Below, one piece after another: positions 9,370-17,581 of a DNA stretch of 64,000 nt. The DNA is from a virus. The stretch's first letter is position 1. Every line of letters begins with the position of its first letter. The position numbers and the translations under genes are program-made. Location: the IMG/VR virus record IMGVR_UViG_3300017830_000039. One strand, given 5' to 3'. Under the pieces are notes generated by a model. That model worked only from the letters and a program-made list of their open reading frames with translations, made no database searches and was not told the DNA's origin.

Positions 9370-10116
9370 CTATGCCAGCGCGTCCTCCGTCCGCCGGTGA
9401 TCGTCATACCGCTCCTGCATCCAGGCGACCGCCCGGGCCGCCGCATCCGGGCAGAATTCGATGCCCAGCGCCCGTCGGCCGCTCTTCATTGCCGCAACGA
9501 GGGTCGAGCCCGATCCCGCGAAGGGGTCGAGGACGAGCTCACCGGGGGCCGAAGAGTTCTCGATCATCACCCGAAGCAGGTCGATCGGCTTCTGGGTCGG
9601 GTGGATCGCGCCCTTTGGGCGACTGAAGGGCAGGTGCTGGGTGGTCCCGCCATTGTTGATGTCGCGGGCCTTCCCCTTCCACAGATAGAGGATGTATTCC
9701 GTGTCTTTCATGTAATACCGGGTCCGGGAGGGGCTCTCCTTTTTCCAGTTCAGCAGTTCGTGGACCTTCCAGCCCGCCTTCACGAAGGCATTCCTGGCCA
9801 GGAAGATGTTCTTGCTGTCAGCCATGACATAGGCATCGCAATCGGTGCGGCAGGCCGACATGAGCGGCCCTGGCATGACGGACCAGGGCGTGATCTTCAT
9901 CAGGGTGCCGCTGTTGTCGTAATTCTCGGCCGAGAACTTTCCGCTCATCGAGGCGGAGTTCCGACCGCCGCTGGTCAGCTTGTAGGGCGGGTCGGTGACG
10001 AGGAGGTCGGCACGGCCATCGACGCCATCCAGATCGGACATCAGCTCGATGCTGTCGCCGACGAGGAGCGTCATGGGGCCGATCCGGTACTCCGGAAATG
10101 TTCCGACCAGCTGCAC
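9370..10116 (-). CDS. Orphan N6/N4 DNA methyltransferase (beta class)
   Basis: TDPPY catalytic motif, HPTQKP and DPFAGSGST SAM-binding motif in beta order; no adjacent restriction enzyme recognised. Confidence 0.93.
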   Translation of the reverse strand: MQLVGTFPEYRIGPMTLLVGDSIELMSDLDGVDGRADLLVTDPPYKLTSGGRNSASMSGKFSAENYDNSGTLMKITPWSVMPGPLMSACRTDCDAYVMADSKNIFLARNAFVKAGWKVHELLNWKKESPSRTRYYMKDTEYILYLWKGKARDINNGGTTQHLPFSRPKGAIHPTQKPIDLLRVMIENSSAPGELVLDPFAGSGSTLVAAMKSGRRALGIEFCPDAAARAVAWMQERYDDHRRTEDALA

Positions 10117-10119
10117 GGA

Positions 10120-10350
10120 TCAGACCTCGGGCCTGCCGGAGAGGAAATCGCAATCCTTCAGGGCGAACTCGCGCTCGGCGCCCTTGTCGACATCCCAGGC
10201 GCGCATCAGCCAGCCGGGTTCGGGATGCCATTCGGTGGTGCCGAACCGGAAGGAGATCGGAACGATGCGGCGCTGGGCGATCACGCCGCGCCAGTTCCGG
10301 TAGGTGATTTCACAGGGAGCTCCCAGCTTTCCCTTCGTTTCGCAAGTCAT
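10120..10350 (-). CDS. Small stand-alone WYL-like domain protein
   Basis: ITYRNWRG...RRIVPISFRFGTTEWHPEPGWLMRAWDVDKGAEREFAL resembles the phage-type WYL domain. Confidence 0.72.
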   Translation of the reverse strand: MTCETKGKLGAPCEITYRNWRGVIAQRRIVPISFRFGTTEWHPEPGWLMRAWDVDKGAEREFALKDCDFLSGRPEV

Positions 10351-10360
10351 GGGCAATCCT

Positions 10361-10705
10361 TCAGTGGAGGGTGAAATCTTCGGGGGTTCGGCAGCCGGCC
10401 TCGTGGCGCGCCAGGCCGATCTCGATGAACTGAGCGAGATCCACGGCAAATTCGCGGGTCATCTGCAGCCTGACGGATCCATAGTTATGCACGCGCAGGC
10501 GCATTTCCTGCGTGATCGGCGCGCAGTCCGGTGCAACCCCGATATCGATCAATGTCGCGATGACCATTGCAGAGCCGATATCGAGGCCGATCATCGCCAC
10601 TTCGCCATCGGCGGGGAAGCCGCGAAGGGCCTCGAGCGTCCTTTCGACCATCTCCCGGATGAGCATTTCGTCCTGGGCGGTCTCTGCGTTGAAGAGAAAT
10701 GCCAT
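10361..10705 (-). CDS. Hypothetical protein
   Basis: 114-aa ORF tightly packed after dut. Confidence 0.65.
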   Translation of the reverse strand: MAFLFNAETAQDEMLIREMVERTLEALRGFPADGEVAMIGLDIGSAMVIATLIDIGVAPDCAPITQEMRLRVHNYGSVRLQMTREFAVDLAQFIEIGLARHEAGCRTPEDFTLH

Positions 10706-10712
10706 GGCGCAC

Positions 10713-11177
10713 CTACCGTCCCGTGCCGCCGAAGCCGACGGTGCCGCGGTGGCTTTCGCCCAGGGTGTCTGCGAGCTCGGCGCGGAAGCCGCAGACGGGT
10801 GCGACGATCATCTGCGCGATGCGATCGCCGTGATGGATCGTGTAAGGCTCGGCTCCGATCAGCGTCAGGAGCACCTTCAAAGGGCCCTTGTAGTCGCTGT
10901 CGATCGTGCCGGGCGTGTTGAGGACCGTGACCCCGTGCTTCAGGGCAAGACCCGACCGGGGACGGATCTGGATCTCGAAGCCCTCGGGGATATCCATCCG
11001 TAGGCCGGTATCGAACAGGTAGCGCTCCAGAGGACGAAGCGTCACGCCGGCCTCGAGCACCGCGCCGCGGTCACTCCGGATGACGGCAGTCAGATCGGCG
11101 CCGGCCGATCCGGACGTCGCCAGCTTCGGAAGGCGGGCATCGGGATCCGTCTTGAGAACCTTCAATGTCGGGACCAT
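10713..11177 (-). CDS. dut: Trimeric dUTPase
   Basis: SAGADL, QIRPRSGLA, NTPGTIDSDYKG, GDRIAQM and RG-x-x-GFGGTG motifs. Confidence 0.96.
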   Translation of the reverse strand: MVPTLKVLKTDPDARLPKLATSGSAGADLTAVIRSDRGAVLEAGVTLRPLERYLFDTGLRMDIPEGFEIQIRPRSGLALKHGVTVLNTPGTIDSDYKGPLKVLLTLIGAEPYTIHHGDRIAQMIVAPVCGFRAELADTLGESHRGTVGFGGTGR

Positions 11178-11202
11178 GACGATCTCCTTTTTCGCAAATT
11201 CT

Positions 11203-12210
11203 TCAGGCTGAGGTCAGTGTGCCCTGCTCGAAAGCCCGGCGTGCCAGGTGCATCTGGTATTCCATGTCCCGCCTGCGGTTCTCGGGGGAGAGGTCCTCAT
11301 CGAGGACCCGGCAGGCGACCCAGAGCGCCTCGAGACGATCGTCGTTCAGCTTGAGGATGCGGTCCGCGATGCTGACATCCCGTGTCGCACCCATGTGCAG
11401 GCCGCAGAATTTCTTGAGGATCAGGAAGCCGCCATTCCGACCGGCAACGGCGAACTCGCAAGGAAACTCCTCCATGTCCAGAATACTTGTCGGCGCATCG
11501 ACATAGACGGACAGCGCCTCCGCACAGGCATTGCGCACCACATCGGGGTCGTTCTCGACCGTGTGGCGCCAGTCCGCGTCATGGCCGGAATCCATCGGGG
11601 GCAGGCCGCGCATTCGCCCCGTGCGGTTCCAGCCCATGTTCATCCGGATATCCCAGGCGATATGGCTCCAGGGGCCTTGCGGGTCGACATACATCAGATG
11701 CCGGCAGATCTCGCTGGCCATGCCTTCGCGATCCATCGGGGGAAAGGCGTAGGGCACCTCGGGATCTTCGGAGAGGGCGCGGATATAGGGGGAACGTGCA
11801 TCGAGGATCGCCGCGAGCCCGAGTGCGCTTTGGCGATCGAGGTTCCCCGGTCCCGGCAGTTCGGCGGGCGTATCGATATCCGAGATGCCGCCGCCATAGC
11901 GCGGATTGGTGCGGCATGCTTCCGCGAAGGCATCCCAGGGCAGGGAGACGATGTCGGCAAAACGGAACATCACCTGGACGCTCTTGACGGGCAGGTCGGA
12001 GTAGAGGCCATCGAACACCACGCATGAATTGTCGTTATCGAGCACGACGATCCCTGCGCGCGCGCCGTCTGCCATACGATCATCGGCGTGGTCGGCGATC
12101 AGGACGGTGAAGCTGCGATCCACATCCCCGCTGGATGCGAACCGGATATCCTCGAGGTTTCCCTCGGTGTAGGTGTAAGGCCCCCGTTTCAATCGCCGTC
12201 CGTCGCTCAT
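11203..12210 (-). CDS. Hypothetical protein
   Basis: 335-aa ORF with GGAG RBS; no recognised motif. Confidence 0.72.
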   Translation of the reverse strand: MSDGRRLKRGPYTYTEGNLEDIRFASSGDVDRSFTVLIADHADDRMADGARAGIVVLDNDNSCVVFDGLYSDLPVKSVQVMFRFADIVSLPWDAFAEACRTNPRYGGGISDIDTPAELPGPGNLDRQSALGLAAILDARSPYIRALSEDPEVPYAFPPMDREGMASEICRHLMYVDPQGPWSHIAWDIRMNMGWNRTGRMRGLPPMDSGHDADWRHTVENDPDVVRNACAEALSVYVDAPTSILDMEEFPCEFAVAGRNGGFLILKKFCGLHMGATRDVSIADRILKLNDDRLEALWVACRVLDEDLSPENRRRDMEYQMHLARRAFEQGTLTSA

Positions 12211-12384
12211 GGTCGTCTCCGTTCCGTTTGACAGACGATAGGAGTTCGGAATCCCCGATGGGAAGGTCGCGGACTATTTTTTTCGCAGTTTTCCACAGTC
12301 TTGTCTGGACCGGCGAAGCCGGCAATCGATCCAGTGGATCGATTGAGGGGAAGACAGGCGAAGCCTTGTCTCGCGATTTCCTGG

Positions 12385-12413
12385 TTGCTCCGATCCCGGC
12401 TGGATTCTATCCT
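12385..12413 (+). promoter_or_regulatory. Sigma70-type promoter for the tRNA-like RNA
   Basis: TTGCTC-N17-TATCCT; predicted +1 falls at about 12420, the first base of the acceptor-like stem. Confidence 0.6.
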
Positions 12414-12419
12414 TTTTCG

Positions 12420-12548
12420 CGCTCCGGCCGTCTTGCGGCGGGAAAGGCAGGGCTGAAACAGGCCCGGTAGGTCGAGCTGCTCCGTACGCGGGGCAGGGTG
12501 GGGCAACCCTCCAGGCCGAAGCGGGTTCAACTCCCGCCTGGAGCGACC
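12420..12548 (+). ncRNA. tRNA-like RNA (129 nt) with expanded variable region; not a canonical tRNA
   Basis: Acceptor stem CGCTCCGG/CTGGAGCG, T arm GCGGG-TTCAACT-CCCGC, D-like arm GTCT/AGGC, anticodon-like stem GGGCT/GGCCC with a 6-nt loop, two extra hairpins (UACG and GCAA loops), 3' end ACC. Confidence 0.75.
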
Positions 12549-12593
12549 TTGCGAAAAACATGCTTGCGCGCAGGTTTTTCGTGTGTCATTGCT

Positions 12594-12990
12594 GAGACGT
12601 CCTTCGGGACTATGGGCATAAAGGCGCTCACAATAGACGTTCTGGACCGGGGGGCGGTACCCCGCGGCTCCACCATATCTGCACCGGAAGGTCGGCGCGC
12701 GGGACAACGGTCGGACACCCAGCGCTGGAAAGGACCCTTCTTCCGATACAAGGCGGTGCAGATATGATGGGGCCGAAATAGGATCGACAGGCGTTCAAAA
12801 GGGTCAGCTTTGCTTCGGTGAGATACCACCGTTATCGGTTCGCAAAAGCTAGTTGCAAACACCAACGAAGCTCCGCGCGCCCTCGCTGCGTAAGCAGTAG
12901 GGTCACGCACCCGGAACCTCGGTTCCAGAAGTCCATGCGCTTAGCCGCGTATGGCGGGGTTCGCCGGCACCTGGCAACAGAAGCCGGCAC
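12594..12990 (+). ncRNA. ssrA: Two-piece (circularly permuted) tmRNA, tag ANTNEAPRALAA
   Basis: Acceptor piece ends CGGCTCC-A-CCA (12665-12675) after a T arm with GGCGGTA loop. Coding piece starts GGGGCCG (12769), giving a G3:U70 pair. TAGTT precedes resume codon GCA (12855); tag ORF ends TAA at 12893. 3' segment GGCGGGGTTCGCCGGCACCTGGCAACAGAAGCCGGC is alphaproteobacterial-type. Outer ends approximate. Confidence 0.93.
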
Positions 12991-13117
12991 CCGATTCCAT
13001 TGGGTGCATCTCTTCCGTTGGGCGCTCGCTGACGCTCGCTTGCAACAGAAGGTCGTGTATTCCCACATGTTCGAACACATGATCCACAACCTCGCGTCAC
13101 AGTGAAAATGGCATGTA

Positions 13118-13146
13118 TTGCGAAAAACAAAGAAACCGGCTAAACT
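13118..13146 (+). promoter_or_regulatory. Sigma70-type promoter
   Basis: TTGCGA-N17-TAAACT, 44 nt upstream of the ATG at 13191. Confidence 0.6.
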
Positions 13147-13190
13147 GATCGGCAATCCGGAGTTAAGTGCTCCAAGAAACGAGGTACACC

Positions 13191-13439
13191 ATGCGCAAGA
13201 CCCTGATGCTGTCCGCAATCGCTGCGACCCTTGCGGGTCCGAGCCTGGCTGATGACAGCGAGATATCCAACGTCCTCATGATCGACACGTCGAACGGCGA
13301 TTGCATGATCGCCGATGGCACCGGAGAGGTCGTTCTCGTGAGCGGCAGCTGCGACAACTATGCCGACGGTTGGGATGACGATGACGTCAAGGAAGACGCC
13401 ATCTTCTCACAGCCCGACGAGTCGTCCCCGACCAGTTGA
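13191..13439 (+). CDS. Small secreted acidic protein
   Basis: MRKTLMLSAIAATLAGPSLA signal peptide; GAGG RBS. Confidence 0.7.
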   Translation: MRKTLMLSAIAATLAGPSLADDSEISNVLMIDTSNGDCMIADGTGEVVLVSGSCDNYADGWDDDDVKEDAIFSQPDESSPTS

Positions 13440-13503
13440 GCCATGACGTACCGGGCGCTGTAGCATGGCGCTCGGATCCACTGACCCGGAAGGGAGGTTG
13501 CCC

Positions 13504-13746
13504 ATGGCGCTTTCCAAGATGAAAGGGCGTGCGCGCCGGCGGATGAACCTTGCCCGCATGAAGGCGAAGGCGCGTCGGATCTACCCCCACGACAAGAAGG
13601 CCCGCTCCGCAAATCACCTTGCGACCTGCTCCTGCTATGCTTGCGGGAACCCGCGGCGCCACTTCGGAGAGCTGACGATGCAGGAGCGACGCGCTCGCGA
13701 TCGGGCCGATCAGGAAATGGACAGCTCCGCATTCATGGAAATCTGA
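13504..13746 (+). CDS. Small basic Cys-cluster protein
   Basis: GGGAGG RBS; Arg/Lys-rich N-terminus and an H-x3-CSC-x2-CGNPRR motif. Confidence 0.72.
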   Translation: MALSKMKGRARRRMNLARMKAKARRIYPHDKKARSANHLATCSCYACGNPRRHFGELTMQERRARDRADQEMDSSAFMEI

Positions 13747-13873
13747 TCCAGCCATACGCCTTGCAAATCGTTTTCGCAAGGTACATGTTGAACCCGACGA
13801 CGATCCGACGGTCCAAATGTGGCTGTCCGAATGCGCGATCCCGTCTCCCAATCCAGAGATCAGGAGAGCTGCA

Positions 13874-14284
13874 ATGCAGATCATCGAGACCGTGCGCTTT
13901 GAGGGCGGCGAAGACAGCAACATCATCAACCGCTTCCATATGCTGGAGGGGTGGACGGGCATGTATGAGCGCGAGGAGGACGATCCCGTCCGTCGTGCCT
14001 TCCGCAAGATCCGGGGCAACATGCCGTCCCTGGAAGACATCCGCTTCGTCCTCGAGGAATCCGCTCGCATCGCCGTGGGCCTGGCTGAGACGGCAGAGAC
14101 CGCAACATGCCCGTTTCCGGAGATCCCGGGGCGAGGCGCCAGCGTCGAGGAGGATTGGCGCAACGGGCTGCGCGAGCAACCGGGTCGCATCCTGCGCGAG
14201 ATCGAGACGATCAATGACCTCTTCGAAGATGCGCTGGGCGTGACTGTCTTCCGGAAGGAAGAAGAGGCGGTACCGGAGCCGTGA
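13874..14284 (+). CDS. Hypothetical protein
   Basis: AGGAG RBS before MQIIETVRF. Confidence 0.68.
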   Translation: MQIIETVRFEGGEDSNIINRFHMLEGWTGMYEREEDDPVRRAFRKIRGNMPSLEDIRFVLEESARIAVGLAETAETATCPFPEIPGRGASVEEDWRNGLREQPGRILREIETINDLFEDALGVTVFRKEEEAVPEP

Positions 14285-14478
14285 TGCCATGCCGGCCTCC
14301 CCGCGGCCGGCGAAAACCCACCATTGTCCACATATGATTTTCCAAATCTTTGTATTTTCGCAACGTGCGATGGTATTTGCGAAAAATCCAATCCACGGAG
14401 ATTGCGACGGAACACGAGGCTCTTAGGTCCCGTGAACAACAATGCTGCAAGTGCAGCAAGCCACTACGGAGAACATCA

Positions 14479-15132
14479 ATGAAGACAACGTCCAAGATCG
14501 TCCTGGGCATCGCAATGGCGGCCACCGCCTTCACCAGCCTGGCCGGCATGGTCCATGCGAACGAGCACGAAGTGATGCTGAGCTACGACAAGCTCATGAT
14601 CGACGTCGAAGGCGCCGGTGAATTCGAAGGCCATGGCGTGACCCTGCAGAGCCGCGGCATCTACGACAACGGCCTGCGCTTCGATCTGTCGGCGACGAAT
14701 GGCGATATCGACGGCCTGGACGACGTGACCTTCGGCGAGCTCGATGTCCGCTACATGCCCGGAAGCTTCGGCGTTGCTGGCACCTATGCCGGTGTCGACG
14801 GCGGTGAAGACGTCTTCGGCGTCGGCGTCGCGGCCGAATACATGGTCGGTGGCGTGGAGGCTTATGGCACCCTGACCTCCGATGTCGACAACTTCCTGGA
14901 AGACTTCGCCCTGGAGATCGGCGGCCGCTACGACGTCTCGCCCAACGTGACCTTGATCGGCGAGTTCAACGACAGCTGGGTGGACGGCGAAGACACCGCT
15001 GCAACGGTCGAGATGAGCGCGCGCTACTCGCTGGTGAACAACACCTTCGTGCAGGCTGGCGTCGGCACCACCGTGGGCTCCTCGGATGCCTCCCTGGACA
15101 TCTACAGCCTGGGTCTCGGCCTGAACTTCTAA
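14479..15132 (+). CDS. Outer-membrane beta-barrel (porin-like) protein
   Basis: Signal peptide, alternating amphipathic beta strands, C-terminal YSLGLGLNF; GGAG RBS; strong codon bias. Confidence 0.8.
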   Translation: MKTTSKIVLGIAMAATAFTSLAGMVHANEHEVMLSYDKLMIDVEGAGEFEGHGVTLQSRGIYDNGLRFDLSATNGDIDGLDDVTFGELDVRYMPGSFGVAGTYAGVDGGEDVFGVGVAAEYMVGGVEAYGTLTSDVDNFLEDFALEIGGRYDVSPNVTLIGEFNDSWVDGEDTAATVEMSARYSLVNNTFVQAGVGTTVGSSDASLDIYSLGLGLNF

Positions 15133-15152
15133 GCCAAGGCAATCAGAATGTG

Positions 15153-15185
15153 GAAAAGGAGGGCATGCGCCCTCCTTTTCTTTTT
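15153..15185 (+). terminator. Rho-independent terminator
   Basis: GAAAAGGAGGGC-ATGC-GCCCTCCTTTTC followed by TTTTT. Confidence 0.85.
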
Positions 15186-15251
15186 CCGGGAAACTTGTAA
15201 ATTCGCAAGGCTCCGCATTTATTGATGGAAACGATTGACGGAGAGATATTC

Positions 15252-17063
15252 ATGAAGGACCTGACCGGCACAGCCGCTCGCACGTCCATCCGCGGACGCA
15301 TCTGGGATCTCCAGGCTCCCGTCCCCGCCATCCAGCGCGATCTCGAGCGCCGGGGCCTGGCCCGGCCCGTGGCGTCGATCCTTTCGGCCCGCGGCATCGG
15401 TGCGGATGAGCTGGATGCCTATCTCCAACCCAAGATCCGGGACTCGCTGCCCGACCCCTCCCGTTTCAAGGATATGGATGCCGGCGTCGCCCATGTCGCA
15501 GATGACATGCAGGCGGGGCGCACCATCAAGATCTGGTCCGACTACGATTGCGATGGGGTCACCTCCGCCGCGGTCCTGAAGCGCTTTTTCCGTATCGTCG
15601 GCTTCGGCGAGGTCGATGTGCGCATCCCCGACCGCATCACGGAAGGCTACGGGCCCAATGCGAACGGCATGCGCGAAGTGAAGGCGGAAGGGGCGGACAC
15701 GGTCTGCATCCTGGACGCTGGCATCGTCGCCTTCGAAGCGCTGGAGGCGGCACGCGATGTCGATCTAAAGGTCGTCGTCATCGACCACCACGCCGCAGAG
15801 GAAACCCTCCCGCCTGCCGCGGCCGTCATCAACGCCAACCGCCTCGACGAGGCGCCCGGCTACGGACATCTCTGCGCCGCCGGGATGGTCTTCGAATTCT
15901 GCGTCGGTCTGGCGCGCGAACTGAACCGCCGCGGCTGGTTCGACGGACAGGAGGGGCGCCCCGCGCGTCCGCCCCAGGATCTGATCATGGGCCTTCTCGA
16001 CATCGTCGCGCTGGGCACGGTCGCCGATGTCGTGCCGCTGACCACCCTGAACCGGGCCTTCGTGGCGCGGGGTCTCGAATATCTCGAGAAGCGCGAAAAT
16101 CCTGGCTTGCGTCAGCTCGCCCTGGTCTCGGGCAAGAAACCCTCGGAGAAGATGACCTCCAAGGACCTCGGATGGAAGTTCGGGCCACGGATCAATGCCG
16201 GCGGCCGGATCGACGATGCGATGATCGGCGTTCGCCTTCTGACGACGGATGACGAGGCGGAGGCAGCCAAGCTCGCGCGCCAGCTCGACGAGATCAACGC
16301 CAAGAGAAAATCGATCGAGGAGAAGGTCACCGAACCCGCCATCGAGCAGTTCCATGACCGGACGCCCGGTGTCGACCGCAAGATTGCGATCGCCGTGGTC
16401 GAGGATGCCCATGAGGGTGTCGTCGGCATCTCCGCGGGGCGCGTGAAGGAAGCCTATGATTGCCCCGCCATCGTCCTGGCCAAGGACCATGAGGGCAACC
16501 TCAAGGGATCCGCGCGATCGGTGAAAGGGTTCGATATCGGACACGCCATCATCGATGCGCGCAATGCCGGCCTCATCCTGAAAGGCGGTGGCCACGGTAT
16601 GGCCGGGGGTCTCACGCTCGCGCCCGAGCAGCTGGACGCCTTCGAGGCGTTCATGAATGCCGAGATCGAGAAGTCGGACTATTTCCGCGACGGCCTCGCG
16701 ACCGAGGTCGACGTGATCCTGAAGCCCCATGAGCTGACCGTCGATCTGATCGACGCCTTCGATCGGATGGAGCCCTTCGGCACGGCGAACCCCGCGCCGC
16801 GGGTCGTCCTGGAAGGAGCCGAGGTGCGCGACATCCGGATTCTGAAGGAGAAGCACCTGAAGGTCACCCTGGTGGCCGGCAAGGGCACGGTCGATGGGTT
16901 GATATGGGGTGCGGTCGGATCCCAGATGGGGGATTTCCTGCAGGAATCGATCGGCCACAAGATCGACGTCTACGGTGAGCCGGGGATCAACGAATTCCGC
17001 GGGAACCGCAGCGCGCAGATGGTCATCGACGATGTGCGCGAGCACGAAGGCAGCCTCCTGTGA
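15252..17063 (+). CDS. recJ: ssDNA exonuclease RecJ
   Basis: SDYDCDG, DHH, ALGTVADVV, GPRINAGGR, GSARS and GGH-x-MA-x-G (DHHA1) motifs. Confidence 0.96.
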   Translation: MKDLTGTAARTSIRGRIWDLQAPVPAIQRDLERRGLARPVASILSARGIGADELDAYLQPKIRDSLPDPSRFKDMDAGVAHVADDMQAGRTIKIWSDYDCDGVTSAAVLKRFFRIVGFGEVDVRIPDRITEGYGPNANGMREVKAEGADTVCILDAGIVAFEALEAARDVDLKVVVIDHHAAEETLPPAAAVINANRLDEAPGYGHLCAAGMVFEFCVGLARELNRRGWFDGQEGRPARPPQDLIMGLLDIVALGTVADVVPLTTLNRAFVARGLEYLEKRENPGLRQLALVSGKKPSEKMTSKDLGWKFGPRINAGGRIDDAMIGVRLLTTDDEAEAAKLARQLDEINAKRKSIEEKVTEPAIEQFHDRTPGVDRKIAIAVVEDAHEGVVGISAGRVKEAYDCPAIVLAKDHEGNLKGSARSVKGFDIGHAIIDARNAGLILKGGGHGMAGGLTLAPEQLDAFEAFMNAEIEKSDYFRDGLATEVDVILKPHELTVDLIDAFDRMEPFGTANPAPRVVLEGAEVRDIRILKEKHLKVTLVAGKGTVDGLIWGAVGSQMGDFLQESIGHKIDVYGEPGINEFRGNRSAQMVIDDVREHEGSLL

Positions 17064-17386
17064 TCCTGAAGGCGCCGGCTCTCGGGATGATCTGGGCCTA
17101 CCAGAACTTCATCTCGCCCCGGAAGGGATATCGGTGCGCGCATAGCGTAGTTCATGGCGGCACCGGATGTTCCGGCCTCGCCAAGCATCGCATCCGCGAC
17201 GTGGGTGTGCTGGCGGCCATCCCGGATATTCGCCAGCGATTCAGAGACTGCTCGGCGGCGGCCGCGGAGCGACGGGCGTCAGGTGGCGACGCGGGGCGTC
17301 GCCAGGGGAACCGTTCCGGTAGGCGGTCGTGCTCCGTTCTGGAGATGTTCGAGGATCTGGATGGATGTGATGGCTGCGGAGGGTGA
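17060..17386 (+). CDS. yidD: YidD-like membrane protein insertion efficiency factor
   Basis: IWAYQNFISP-x-KG-x-RC...CS-x5-RI-x3-G...RF-x-x-C matches the YidD/DUF37 pattern; overlaps the recJ stop. Confidence 0.72.
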   Translation: MILKAPALGMIWAYQNFISPRKGYRCAHSVVHGGTGCSGLAKHRIRDVGVLAAIPDIRQRFRDCSAAAAERRASGGDAGRRQGNRSGRRSCSVLEMFEDLDGCDGCGG

Positions 17387-17577
17387 GATTGATGAATGCC
17401 CTCATGAGGGAGGCCATCCTGAAGAAATGCACCAGCGCGGCTGAACGGGCACGGACCGAGGCCGCCATCAGGATCGCCTTCGAGGCCGGTCAGAAGGCGA
17501 CCAGGGCCGAATTCCATGCGGCCTTCCGCGTCCTGGGGTTGGCCACGCTCGACGACATCCCTGCCGAGGAGGGTTGA
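17383..17577 (+). CDS. Small hypothetical protein
   Basis: Overlaps upstream stop; 64 aa, helical. Confidence 0.55.
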   Translation: MRLMNALMREAILKKCTSAAERARTEAAIRIAFEAGQKATRAEFHAAFRVLGLATLDDIPAEEG

Positions 17578-17581
17578 TATC

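Noticed and set aside
12449-12466. Calling the 129-nt element tRNA-Phe(GAA) or tRNA-Sec
   Set aside because: No 5-bp stem with a 7-nt loop centres GAA, there is no TCA anticodon, positions 8-9 are non-canonical and the variable region is too large.
13066-13088. CATGTTCGAACACATG resembling a Gram-positive SOS box
   Set aside because: Wrong LexA type for an alphaproteobacterium, and it does not fit GTTC-N7-GTTC.
12207-13218. ORFs overlapping the RNA cassette (e.g. 12527-12910, 12832-13218)
   Set aside because: No RBS or protein motifs; the sequence is fully explained by the tmRNA and tRNA-like structures.
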